Assembly (NCBI GenBank): GCA_024654535.1
Contig: JANLHL010000038.1
Span: 169,581 to 233,580, forward strand
Origin: Candidatus Roizmanbacteria bacterium
Lineage (GTDB): Bacteria > Patescibacteriota > Microgenomatia > UBA1406
DNA: 64,000 nt
Direction: 5' to 3'
Shown here: positions 17,689 through 26,466 of the stretch, in pieces
Layout of the letters: the number at the start of each line of letters is the position of its first letter
Numbering within the stretch: the stretch's first letter is position 1
The notes under the pieces: model-generated
What the model was told of the DNA's origin: nothing
Seen by the model: the letters and a program-made list of their open reading frames with translations, nothing else
Database searches by the model: none
Translations under genes and position numbers: made by a program

Positions 17689-18642
17689 CTATTCACTCTT
17701 GAGATGTGCGGTTATAGGTTGAAGTGAATAATATTTTAGCTGAGTGTCGAGATACGATATTAAAAGGCGCGTATCTTGAAATCTATCTTCACTTCCCATA
17801 ACGATAATAATAAATGGGTGTGTACCTTGTGCTCGGTAGTACGTAACGAGATTTTCTCCTGCACCTTCTGTATATCCTGTTTTAATACCACCTACTCCGG
17901 GAACGGTTGAGATGAGTTGATTAATACTTGTGATTGGATACCATCGTGTATAGGTCAGGTTACTTGGTGTAATGTCACGGGTAGATACAATATTCATGAG
18001 AAGTGGCACCGTGCTGAAATGTTGAGCTAATAGCGCTAAGTCATGTGCGGTTGTTTTTTCTCCGTTCGTATCAAAACCGATTGGGTTAGTAAAATATGTA
18101 TTTTTCATGTGAAGATCTTGTGCCAATACATTCATTTTTTTTACAAAAGCCGAAACACCGTTCGGATCATTTTCTGCTAGAGTGTACGCAGCATCATTTG
18201 CGGAAGATACTAATGTTCCATAGAGTAGGTTAAGTGTGCTGATTTTGTCGCCAGATTCTAAACCCATAAGTACTTCTTGATCAATTGTGGTACGTACGGT
18301 AAGGCTCGCGTCGAGTGGATACAGAGAGACTGCAGTTAGTGCGGTTGCCATTTTAACTGTGGAAGCCGGTAGGCGAAGCGTATTTTCATTTTTCCATAGT
18401 ACTGGCGTAAACGACAAGGCATCAATAACTAGATAAGAGCTTGCAGTTATATATGGTTGTTCTGTGTTCTGTATTAGGTGAGCAAGTGGAAGTGGTATAA
18501 ACTGTAATTGTTTTTTTTGTACAAATGCATTCGGGTCCTGCACGTACAGCGAAAGCAACGTATTCTTACCAGGATAAAACACGAAAGAGAATATACAGAG
18601 GGCATAAAAGAAAAATTTTAATTTTGTGACAATTTTATTCAT
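17689..18642 (-). CDS. D-alanyl-D-alanine carboxypeptidase (serine peptidase S11, PBP5-like)
   Basis: It has SxxK (ASTVKM), SxN (SSANDA), KTG (IKTGYT) and an N-terminal signal/anchor. Confidence 0.8.
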   Translation of the reverse strand: MNKIVTKLKFFFYALCIFSFVFYPGKNTLLSLYVQDPNAFVQKKQLQFIPLPLAHLIQNTEQPYITASSYLVIDALSFTPVLWKNENTLRLPASTVKMATALTAVSLYPLDASLTVRTTIDQEVLMGLESGDKISTLNLLYGTLVSSANDAAYTLAENDPNGVSAFVKKMNVLAQDLHMKNTYFTNPIGFDTNGEKTTAHDLALLAQHFSTVPLLMNIVSTRDITPSNLTYTRWYPITSINQLISTVPGVGGIKTGYTEGAGENLVTYYRAQGTHPFIIIVMGSEDRFQDTRLLISYLDTQLKYYSLQPITAHLKSE

Positions 18643-20038
18643 CTACTATGCGAATGCCTAATTCAGCTAACTGTTCTGCTGTGACTTCGCTTGGTGCATT
18701 CATAACGGCTGTTTTCCCACTCGCCGAAGTTGGGAATGGGACTACTTCACGTACCGATGGTTCACCTAAAAGTGCCATAAGAGCTCTATCTATTCCCGGT
18801 GCTATTCCACCATGTGGTGGGACTCCGTACGTAAATGCGTTTAACATGTGAGAAAATTCTTGTTTTTGTTTTTTAGAAAATCCGATGAGATCGAATATTT
18901 TTTGTTGTATATCTGGTTTATGTATACGAATACTTCCACCCCCTATTTCGAAACCGTTTAACACAAGGTCATGTTGGAGTCCACGAACCTTAAGTGGGTC
19001 AGTATCAAGAAGATCTATATCGTCTGGGTGTGGGGATGTAAACATATGATGTGATGGTGCAAACGTAGCACGACCTGAGCCATGAAAAAAATCTTCTTGT
19101 GATTGCTTTGTAAAAAGTGGAAAGTCAACCGTCCAACAAAAAGCTAGTTCGTTTGGATCTTTCTTATTTTTGCGCAAGTCTGGCTTATCAGTTCCATATT
19201 TTTTGAGTGCTTCTGCGTGGGGGATTCGTGGCCACGGTGATTGCATTATGTTTTTTTCTGGGAACAATTTTTTAACAATTGAGGTAAACATATCTTCGAC
19301 AAGTTCCAAGATATCGTTTTGCTCGACAAATGACATTTCCATATCTAGTTGGGTGAATTCACCGTATGCTCTATCCGATCTCTGCGCTTCATCGCGGAAA
19401 CATCGGGCTATTTGGAAATATCGTTCGAAACCGGCAACCATCAGAAGTTGTTTATACTGTTGTGGCGATTGTGGAAGTGCATAGAATTTACCTTTTTGTA
19501 AACGAGAAGGAATTATAAAATCTCGGGCTCCTTCCGGGGTACTCTTCGTGAGAATGGGGGTATCTATCTCTGTAAAGTTTTTTTGTACAAGATATGAACG
19601 GATTTCTTGTACAAAACTAGAGCGCAACAGTATGTTTCTCTGCATTCGTTGTCGACGCAAATCTAAGTAACGATACTCCAAACGTATATCTTCACCAATA
19701 TCGTAGCCACTTGTCTCTAGTGGAAATGGTGGTGTTTGTGAGTGTGAAATTATTTCAGATTTTTCGGCTTGTACCTCAACAGTACCGGTTTTTATTTTTT
19801 TATTAATAAGGTGTTCAGGTCGTGGAGCAACAGTGCCTACGATATGAACAACGTCTTCTGGAGAAAATGTAGGATGTGTACCATCGGGAGGTACAACAAC
19901 TTGTACGATGCCTGTGTGATCGCGCAAATCTAAAAATGTAATTTTTCCATGAGCTCGTATACTATATACCCACCCATATAAATCTATTTTCTTACCAACT
20001 TCTTTAGGAATATCTTGAAAAAATATTTTTTTGCTCAT
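18635..20038 (-). CDS. aspS: Aspartyl-tRNA synthetase, bacterial-type core without the GAD insertion domain
   Basis: It has an N-terminal OB fold, motif 2 FRDEAQRSDRAYGEFTQLDMEMSF and motif 3 GGIAPGIDR. DKPDLRKNKKDPNELAFCWTVDFPLF joins directly where E. coli AspRS carries about 130 extra residues. Confidence 0.9.
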   Translation of the reverse strand: MSKKIFFQDIPKEVGKKIDLYGWVYSIRAHGKITFLDLRDHTGIVQVVVPPDGTHPTFSPEDVVHIVGTVAPRPEHLINKKIKTGTVEVQAEKSEIISHSQTPPFPLETSGYDIGEDIRLEYRYLDLRRQRMQRNILLRSSFVQEIRSYLVQKNFTEIDTPILTKSTPEGARDFIIPSRLQKGKFYALPQSPQQYKQLLMVAGFERYFQIARCFRDEAQRSDRAYGEFTQLDMEMSFVEQNDILELVEDMFTSIVKKLFPEKNIMQSPWPRIPHAEALKKYGTDKPDLRKNKKDPNELAFCWTVDFPLFTKQSQEDFFHGSGRATFAPSHHMFTSPHPDDIDLLDTDPLKVRGLQHDLVLNGFEIGGGSIRIHKPDIQQKIFDLIGFSKKQKQEFSHMLNAFTYGVPPHGGIAPGIDRALMALLGEPSVREVVPFPTSASGKTAVMNAPSEVTAEQLAELGIRIVDE

Positions 20039-22170
20039 CTGTTTACTTTAAATAGATATGTCTCACCATTGTGATACGCTATACGTCCTATTGTATAAAA
20101 CTTTTTCACGTTTAGCGAGGGAAATTTTTCACGCTCAAACTGTGAAATGAGTATATAGCGCACAGTATACTTGTGCAGAATCTGTTTTGTTTTTTCGCTG
20201 GTAGGATTAGTATACACTTCCAATACCTCAGCAGCACGTGGTGCAACGATTGAACTGTAATCTCCACGCCACAGCCACTCATGTACACCCCATCCAACGA
20301 TAGTAGGAATACCTGTATTTGCAGAAACCATATTATAATCCGTGTATGAATCCCCGTTTGCTTCTAAAATACTATAGGGGAGTTTTTCTTTTGCATCGTT
20401 CTTTTTCAGAAAGTCGATAACACCCTTCATTTGAGGATAATCTTTTTGAATCCAGCTAGATCCATCTAACGTTGTAAAATGCTTGAGGTCACCGTAAAAA
20501 GAATGTATAGCAAAATATCCGTATACACTGACAAAAAGAGCGCAGATTATAAGTAGACTTGCATATAATAGTGTAAACGTGGAAATTTTTTCCTTTGTAT
20601 ACCGTATAAACCGTACCATAAGTGGAATGCCAAAAATAGTCATCATTATGTAAGCTTGATACCCGAGCTTGAACATAGTATTAGCTCTGAAATGAGCGGG
20701 ATAAATATCTTTAAAATATATAAACTCAGCTGTTAATGTGAGTAAGAGAGAGTAGGTAAATATAAAGAAAATAAAGTATGACGTGTCTTCAGATACCAGT
20801 ATTTTTTTCCGTGTAAATATGAGAGTCAAAAATCCTGCAAAAATAAACCAGAAAAATCCCCATAGAATAAACAACATCCAGAATGGACTCGATTGACATT
20901 TGTCTGCTTCACCAAGAAATATACCAAGCTTGCCCATATGTATAAGCCACTGTGGAGCACAGTTGATACCAATTGCGGATACAAAAGAATTAAATACTGA
21001 GGAAAAAGGATAGGTAAGAAGCACGGCGAAGCCAATAGTAGGAATAAAATGCATCAAAACCGTACCAATATTCTTATATCCTACAGCGTAGAGAAAGAAT
21101 AAGAAACCACCGTATACTAAAAGATCTGTGGCATTTGTCATGTAGGCTATTGAGAGTAAATAGGCAAAAAATATTTCGACAATAATTCGAAATCGTTTAT
21201 GTGGTGTATATATAAACGCAATAAATAGCCCAATGATCAGGAGCACGATCGGTATGTTTAAAACATGGCCATGTAGGTCTGCAACGACGTGTGAATATGT
21301 GGGGAATTCGTGAATCGTAAATGGAATATACCTGGTCGCATTGGGATACCAGTACGCTATTGGATTATAGTGCGAAAGAATTTTCCAAAATGGAATTGGT
21401 GTACCTGGCGGATAGCCTTTTGTGAAAAGATATATCGTATGTAGATTGCCACCAAAATTTAGAAAAAATGTAGTAAGTATGCCAGTATAGATAGCTATAT
21501 ACTTTTTTGTTTTCGTGAAAAAGAACGAATATACATGATAACCGAGTGAAAATGAACTCGTTATTGAAAGTGCAAAGACAGTCGCTAACATTAGATTAAA
21601 ACTAATATTAGGTACGATTCCGGTAAGTTTCGATACGAGTGCGGTTATATAGTGCCCAAAGTAATAGTAGTTTACAAAAAAAGCTCCGTGATTGGTCGTT
21701 TGTGCATACCACATGTCTTGGGGTGGTAAACTCGTACTGCGAAATGCACTATAGATGAAACCAAGATCCATAAATTTTTCTAAAGACCGCAGAGATGGTT
21801 CATTTCCTCGGACATAACTCCAAAATGCTAGTGCTATAAAAAAAACAATCTCATAGAGAATTATAGTTTTTAGTGACGGTAGTTTTATAGTACTTTTTTG
21901 ATACACAAATATACTCCAGTTTATGAGAGCTATGCTCGTAAGACATAAAGTAATAGTAGTTAGTGAGAAAGATAGGTGTGCATACCGAGCTAATAAAAAA
22001 ACTATGTATGAAAGAATACTAACACCGAGAGTTTTTGCAAACGGATATCCTTTATCATCAAATTTACGGAACAGATAGCTTGTTATTGGCAATACGCTCA
22101 GGCCAACGGCAGTATAAGCGCCATACCAAAGAGCAATTTGTGGTAACCAAGCAAAGAAATTTCCAATCAT
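20035..22170 (-). CDS. Large polytopic membrane protein of the DUF2298 / YYY-motif family (putative glycosyltransferase-like)
   Basis: It has about 20 hydrophobic segments and the hallmark FFVNYYYFGHY motif. I start at the second ATG (22170, MIGNFFAW), which lies 7 nt after TATAAT (22183..22178). Confidence 0.65.
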   Translation of the reverse strand: MIGNFFAWLPQIALWYGAYTAVGLSVLPITSYLFRKFDDKGYPFAKTLGVSILSYIVFLLARYAHLSFSLTTITLCLTSIALINWSIFVYQKSTIKLPSLKTIILYEIVFFIALAFWSYVRGNEPSLRSLEKFMDLGFIYSAFRSTSLPPQDMWYAQTTNHGAFFVNYYYFGHYITALVSKLTGIVPNISFNLMLATVFALSITSSFSLGYHVYSFFFTKTKKYIAIYTGILTTFFLNFGGNLHTIYLFTKGYPPGTPIPFWKILSHYNPIAYWYPNATRYIPFTIHEFPTYSHVVADLHGHVLNIPIVLLIIGLFIAFIYTPHKRFRIIVEIFFAYLLSIAYMTNATDLLVYGGFLFFLYAVGYKNIGTVLMHFIPTIGFAVLLTYPFSSVFNSFVSAIGINCAPQWLIHMGKLGIFLGEADKCQSSPFWMLFILWGFFWFIFAGFLTLIFTRKKILVSEDTSYFIFFIFTYSLLLTLTAEFIYFKDIYPAHFRANTMFKLGYQAYIMMTIFGIPLMVRFIRYTKEKISTFTLLYASLLIICALFVSVYGYFAIHSFYGDLKHFTTLDGSSWIQKDYPQMKGVIDFLKKNDAKEKLPYSILEANGDSYTDYNMVSANTGIPTIVGWGVHEWLWRGDYSSIVAPRAAEVLEVYTNPTSEKTKQILHKYTVRYILISQFEREKFPSLNVKKFYTIGRIAYHNGETYLFKVNR

Positions 22171-22238
22171 GTTTTCCATTATATACCAGGATCTTTAGTA
22201 AATTAGAACTTCTTTTTTTGTATACCTTTTTTGTGCTG

Positions 22239-22247
22239 TGTTATACT
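22239..22247 (+). promoter_or_regulatory. Extended -10 element
   Basis: TGtTATACT ends 6 nt before ATG 22254. Confidence 0.5.
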
Positions 22248-22253
22248 ACATTT

Positions 22254-22703
22254 ATGGATGCTATTCTTATAGAGCGGACGTGGCTTATGATTTTGGGCAT
22301 TGTTTTGATTTTTCTCGAACTACTTATGGGTGCTGCAAGTGGTTTTGATGTTGCACTGGTAGGTTTTTCTTTGGTAGTTGGTGGCCTTGTACATTTTTAT
22401 TCTCGTTCGTGGGAATACGGCGTAGTGAGCGCAATTATAATCATTGTGTTGTATTTCATTCTACTTCGCCCATCAGTTCGAAAAAAACTTCTTATCACGA
22501 CACAAAAAATCGGCATCGATTCGTTAATTGGAAAAACGGCCATTACTACTTCTGCTATTTCTGCAAAAAAAGCAGGAAACGTTGTAGTAGATGGTGAGAT
22601 TTGGAGAGCTGTTTCACTACACTCGGTTGCAGAAAATACCCCTGTTGAAGTGCTCTCTATAGAGGGGGTATCATTAACAGTTGCTCCATTGGAGCAAAAA
22701 TAA
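22254..22703 (+). CDS. NfeD-family membrane protein (partner of SPFH/stomatin proteins)
   Basis: It has three N-terminal TM helices and a C-terminal OB-like tail (GKTAITTSAISAKKAGNVVVDGEIWRAVS). It sits directly upstream of an SPFH gene. The ORF-track start 22035 overlaps the divergent gene. Confidence 0.75.
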   Translation: MDAILIERTWLMILGIVLIFLELLMGAASGFDVALVGFSLVVGGLVHFYSRSWEYGVVSAIIIIVLYFILLRPSVRKKLLITTQKIGIDSLIGKTAITTSAISAKKAGNVVVDGEIWRAVSLHSVAENTPVEVLSIEGVSLTVAPLEQK

Positions 22704-22707
22704 TATA

Positions 22708-23547
22708 ATGCCTATTATACTTGTGTTTCTTTTAATCATCGGTATCGTTGCTTTATTTAGAGGAGTTGTCATTATTCAGCCATATGAAAAGGGGATAGTA
22801 ACTCGATTGGGCCGATATAGTCATATGATTGATTCAGGAATCAGTATGGTAATGCCTTTCGTAGATTCTGTTATTACGGTGGATGTCCGAGAGCAAGTGA
22901 TTGAGGTGGAGCCTTTGCAAGTCATTACGCAAGATAACGTATCGGTGGTTGTTGACGCCGTGATATATTATCGAGTTATTGACCCAGTCAAAGCTGAATT
23001 TGAAGTTGCTGACTTTTCGTTTGCTGCAACCACACTTGCGCAAACAAACCTACGAAATCTTATTGGAGATAAGACTTTAGACCAAACACTTATTGCACGT
23101 GATAATGTAAACGCAGATTTACGAACAACCCTTGATGAGGCGACACATGGATGGGGAGTAAAAGTAACTCGAGTTGAAGTACAACGAATCGATCCTCCAG
23201 CAGATATTACAGATGCGATGAGTAAACAGATGAAGGCTGAACGCGAAAAGCGTGCATCAATTTTGCAGGCTGAAGGTGTACGTCAATCCTACATTTTGGA
23301 GGCAGAAGGTAAGGCGAAAGCACAAGTTTTGCAAGCTGAAGCTGAAGCAACTGCAATTACTAACATTGCTTACGCTGCTAATAAATTCTTTACTGAAAAA
23401 GCACAAATGTGGCGTAAAATGCAAGTTTCAGAAAACGTTCTCGCTCATAATACTAAGTTTGTTTTACCATCAAATTCAGAAATTGTAAACGTGCTTAATT
23501 TAGAACATGGCGAGATTGCAGGAGTAACGCCAATCAAGAAGAAATAG
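22708..23547 (+). CDS. SPFH/band-7 (stomatin/HflKC-like) protein
   Basis: It has an N-terminal TM, then VIIQPYEKGIVTRLGRY, VVVDAVIYYRV, the DPPADITDAM motif and an A/E-rich coiled coil. The start is taken at ATG 22708 (MPIILVF). Confidence 0.85.
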   Translation: MPIILVFLLIIGIVALFRGVVIIQPYEKGIVTRLGRYSHMIDSGISMVMPFVDSVITVDVREQVIEVEPLQVITQDNVSVVVDAVIYYRVIDPVKAEFEVADFSFAATTLAQTNLRNLIGDKTLDQTLIARDNVNADLRTTLDEATHGWGVKVTRVEVQRIDPPADITDAMSKQMKAEREKRASILQAEGVRQSYILEAEGKAKAQVLQAEAEATAITNIAYAANKFFTEKAQMWRKMQVSENVLAHNTKFVLPSNSEIVNVLNLEHGEIAGVTPIKKK

Positions 23548-23633
23548 GCTCGAAAAAGCTCACTATAGAAACGTGTGTTTTCATAAGTAGTTTTTTTTGC
23601 TGTGTAACGTAGTAGCAGTAAAATTGCTAATTG

Positions 23634-23642
23634 TGTTATTAT
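23634..23642 (+). promoter_or_regulatory. Extended -10 element
   Basis: TGtTATTAT ends 6 nt before ATG 23649. Confidence 0.45.
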
Positions 23643-23648
23643 TTTTGT

Positions 23649-25676
23649 ATGTTAGGTATTCCATTTTTTTCCAAAAAAAGTAAAAAAACAGAAGGATATG
23701 TGTTCATGCTTTTTTTGACGGACGCAAAAGTATTTGGCTTTGCATTCGAAGAAGCACACCCAGACCATCGGTCAATGCTATATATAGAACCGATCGATTC
23801 GTATTTAAAAGATCTAGCCGATAAAGTTGAGCTTGTTATTACGAATTGTGAAAAAGATCTTGGAAAAGATATCTATTTGCAGGATACGGTACTGATTGTA
23901 AGCTCGTTTTTTCTTTCAGAATCGAGCACTGTCAAAGAAGATACCCGCAAAGCAATCGCGACCGTATTTAAAGAACTTGATTTAGCAAATTTGGGCTATA
24001 TTACTAGTGCAGAATTTTTTTCTGCACAATATGGTGAGACACATGTACATTGGGTATTGTTAGAAGAAACCGCTTATGATATTAAACTATATTCATTTAC
24101 TAAGACACAGCAAAAAGGAGTAACGAGTATTGCACGTGTTCAAGATGAGGAAGAATTGAGAAATAGTATTATTGAGCAATCACATAAAAATCACATTGTC
24201 GCGTGGATACAGAATCAATTGACTCTCTCAGGTAATGTGACATATATCAACCCACAAGATATTCCAGACTACGGTGTTCGAATCTATACTCGCGCTAATG
24301 TGAACGATTCTGCGCCAACATCTGAGATTGAACTTTCAAAAGTAGAAACAAAACCTGAAAAAATAACTACGAAAGAAGTGTTAGATAGCCAAAGAGAACA
24401 AGATATACCATTAGTTGCATTACCGTCTGCTCCTGGTTTCGGTAATGAGAACAATAACGTAACTGAGGAAAATGAAATTCTTGAAAATCCAACAACTGAT
24501 TCTAAAAAAAGCGTTTTTTCTGCGCGTTTGTTATCTGGTTTTTTAGAATTCAAAGAACGTATTACTGGCGTAACTAATAGTATGACCATACTTCGAAGTT
24601 GGTGGCTTTATGTAGTTTTGGGAATCTTTCTTTGTAGCGCAGTGGCTGTTATATATTTTCTATTTTTTCATTCTGCAACTATTACTCTTGTTACGAATAA
24701 GGAAAATTTTTCAACGACCATCAGTTTTCCAGTAGGAAAAGGAAGTAGCGTTTCAAGTGTCTATACGGGTTCGTATACATCTGATGTGCAAACCACCGCA
24801 ACAGGAGAGGACGTTATTGGGGAAAAGGCAAATGGTACGATCACCTTATACAACAGAACATTTGAAACTAAAACAATTGCAGCAGGTACAGAGTTGGTCA
24901 GCGACAAAGGTACTGTTTTTCTCCTCGATGAAGACGTAGCGATAGCTTCTGCTTCTGGTGTACCTGTGCAAGATGGAAAAAGGCCGGCTGATGTTACAGC
25001 GCAGATCGTTGGGACAGATGGCAATATCGAAAAAAATAGCAAGTTAACTATTGACGGGGTATCGCAAACGGATGTATATGCAGTTTCAAGTGTAGATTTT
25101 TCTGGAGGATTTAAGAAAGTCGTGATTGTGTTTTCGGATGAAGATAAAAAGAAGCTTGATAGTCTTACAAAACAAGCATTTTTACGCGAAGTAAAAACAG
25201 CATTTCTAAAAGAACATACGAGCGATGATATTTTATTTGAGCAAACAGCAATGGCACAAAATGTGCATAAAGATTATTCAGCAAAAGTTGGTGAAGAGGT
25301 GAGAACTGTAAATGCGACAGATAAGGGTAGTTTTTCTGTTTACTATACATCAGATGTACGGTTACGGACTTATGTGCAGCAGCAAAAACTAAAAGATAAA
25401 GAATTTGTAAAGGATACATTTTCAATACAAAAAACAAAACTTGAAAAAGGGAAAGATCCGTCATGGTCTTATTCTGCAATAATTAGTGGGAAGATACAGA
25501 AATTTATTGACAGAGTAGGAATTGCTCAAAAATTGACAGGGAAGACAGTACCTAATGCACGAGTGGTATTGAACGGAGAGCATACAGTGACAAGCTTTTC
25601 TATAAAAACATATCCGATTCCTTTACCGATTATGCCCTATTCAAAGTCGCGTATTATATTTCAATTTTCAGACTAA
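23649..25676 (+). CDS. Hypothetical bitopic membrane protein (~675 aa): ~320-aa cytoplasmic part, one TM, ~330-aa external part
   Basis: The TM is WWLYVVLGIFLCSAVAVIYFLFF. An acidic low-complexity linker precedes it. The external part is beta-rich (ATGEDVIGEKANGTITLYNRTFETKTIAAGTELVSDKGTVF...VGTDGNIEKNSKLTIDG), faintly reminiscent of baseplate-J-like repeats. Its stop abuts the sortase ATG (TAAATG). Confidence 0.5.
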   Translation: MLGIPFFSKKSKKTEGYVFMLFLTDAKVFGFAFEEAHPDHRSMLYIEPIDSYLKDLADKVELVITNCEKDLGKDIYLQDTVLIVSSFFLSESSTVKEDTRKAIATVFKELDLANLGYITSAEFFSAQYGETHVHWVLLEETAYDIKLYSFTKTQQKGVTSIARVQDEEELRNSIIEQSHKNHIVAWIQNQLTLSGNVTYINPQDIPDYGVRIYTRANVNDSAPTSEIELSKVETKPEKITTKEVLDSQREQDIPLVALPSAPGFGNENNNVTEENEILENPTTDSKKSVFSARLLSGFLEFKERITGVTNSMTILRSWWLYVVLGIFLCSAVAVIYFLFFHSATITLVTNKENFSTTISFPVGKGSSVSSVYTGSYTSDVQTTATGEDVIGEKANGTITLYNRTFETKTIAAGTELVSDKGTVFLLDEDVAIASASGVPVQDGKRPADVTAQIVGTDGNIEKNSKLTIDGVSQTDVYAVSSVDFSGGFKKVVIVFSDEDKKKLDSLTKQAFLREVKTAFLKEHTSDDILFEQTAMAQNVHKDYSAKVGEEVRTVNATDKGSFSVYYTSDVRLRTYVQQQKLKDKEFVKDTFSIQKTKLEKGKDPSWSYSAIISGKIQKFIDRVGIAQKLTGKTVPNARVVLNGEHTVTSFSIKTYPIPLPIMPYSKSRIIFQFSD

Positions 25677-26411
25677 ATGCGCTACGGGTATCGAAAAAAC
25701 ACCAAGATGAAAAAAAAGGAAAGTGTCCTTTTTGTATCGTATATTTTTATATTCTTAGGGACTATCACATTGCTATGGACATTTGCTCCCATATTGCTTT
25801 TTCAGGCAAGCGAACTTTTGGCAACATATCAAAATGTAACACCAGTACCTAAGAGCGTGTTAGCTTCGTCCCTTAAAAAAGGAATGAATGTGTATGAAAA
25901 TAGTTTGTCTCCGTATTATTCAAGTTATTTGCGAGATTTTACACACGCAGGCCAATGGTTTCCGCAGCGACCACAGCACATTACCAATAGGAGAACTGTA
26001 GATGAATATACTGTTTCGATTCCAAAACTTAACCTCGTAGAAACGAAAGTAAAAGTTGCAAGTGATGCGTTGGATAAATCGCTAGTACAATACGGCGATG
26101 ATATCTACCCCGGAGAAGCGGGTAATGCTGTCGTATTGGGTCATTCTACACTCCCTCAGTTGTATAAAGATAACGATCCGAAATCCATATTTACCTACTT
26201 GCCATCGATTGATAGGGGGGATGAAATACAAGCACAAATAGGTGGTTTTACGTACACTTTTATTGTGTACGATATATTTATAGTTGATCCAAAAGATACA
26301 TGGGTACTTGATCCAAAAGCAGATGAGTCTATATTGACACTTATTACCTGCGTTCCTCCTGGAACGTACCAAAAGCGTTTGATAGTGAAATCTCGCCTAA
26401 AGCACTTATAA
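25677..26411 (+). CDS. Sortase family transpeptidase
   Basis: It has an N-terminal anchor, the catalytic His context VVLGHSTLPQ, the TLITCVPPG Cys motif and a downstream Arg (RLIVKSR). Confidence 0.8.
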   Translation: MRYGYRKNTKMKKKESVLFVSYIFIFLGTITLLWTFAPILLFQASELLATYQNVTPVPKSVLASSLKKGMNVYENSLSPYYSSYLRDFTHAGQWFPQRPQHITNRRTVDEYTVSIPKLNLVETKVKVASDALDKSLVQYGDDIYPGEAGNAVVLGHSTLPQLYKDNDPKSIFTYLPSIDRGDEIQAQIGGFTYTFIVYDIFIVDPKDTWVLDPKADESILTLITCVPPGTYQKRLIVKSRLKHL

Positions 26412-26449
26412 ATAAGTAAAAACTCTTCCTTTACATAGCCTATAAGAAA

Positions 26450-26458
26450 TGATACAAT
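26450..26458 (+). promoter_or_regulatory. Extended -10 element
   Basis: TGaTACAAT ends 8 nt before in-frame ATG 26467. Confidence 0.45.
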
Positions 26459-26466
26459 TCCTACCT

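Noticed and set aside
22035-22253. N-terminal extensions implied by the ORF track (630, 3388, 16534, 22035, 22681, 23631, 31799, 37908, 47008 and 62276 starts).
   Set aside because: They overlap upstream or divergent genes or begin at non-ATG codons. In each case an internal ATG with a -10 box 5-13 nt upstream, and the onset of family homology, give a better start.
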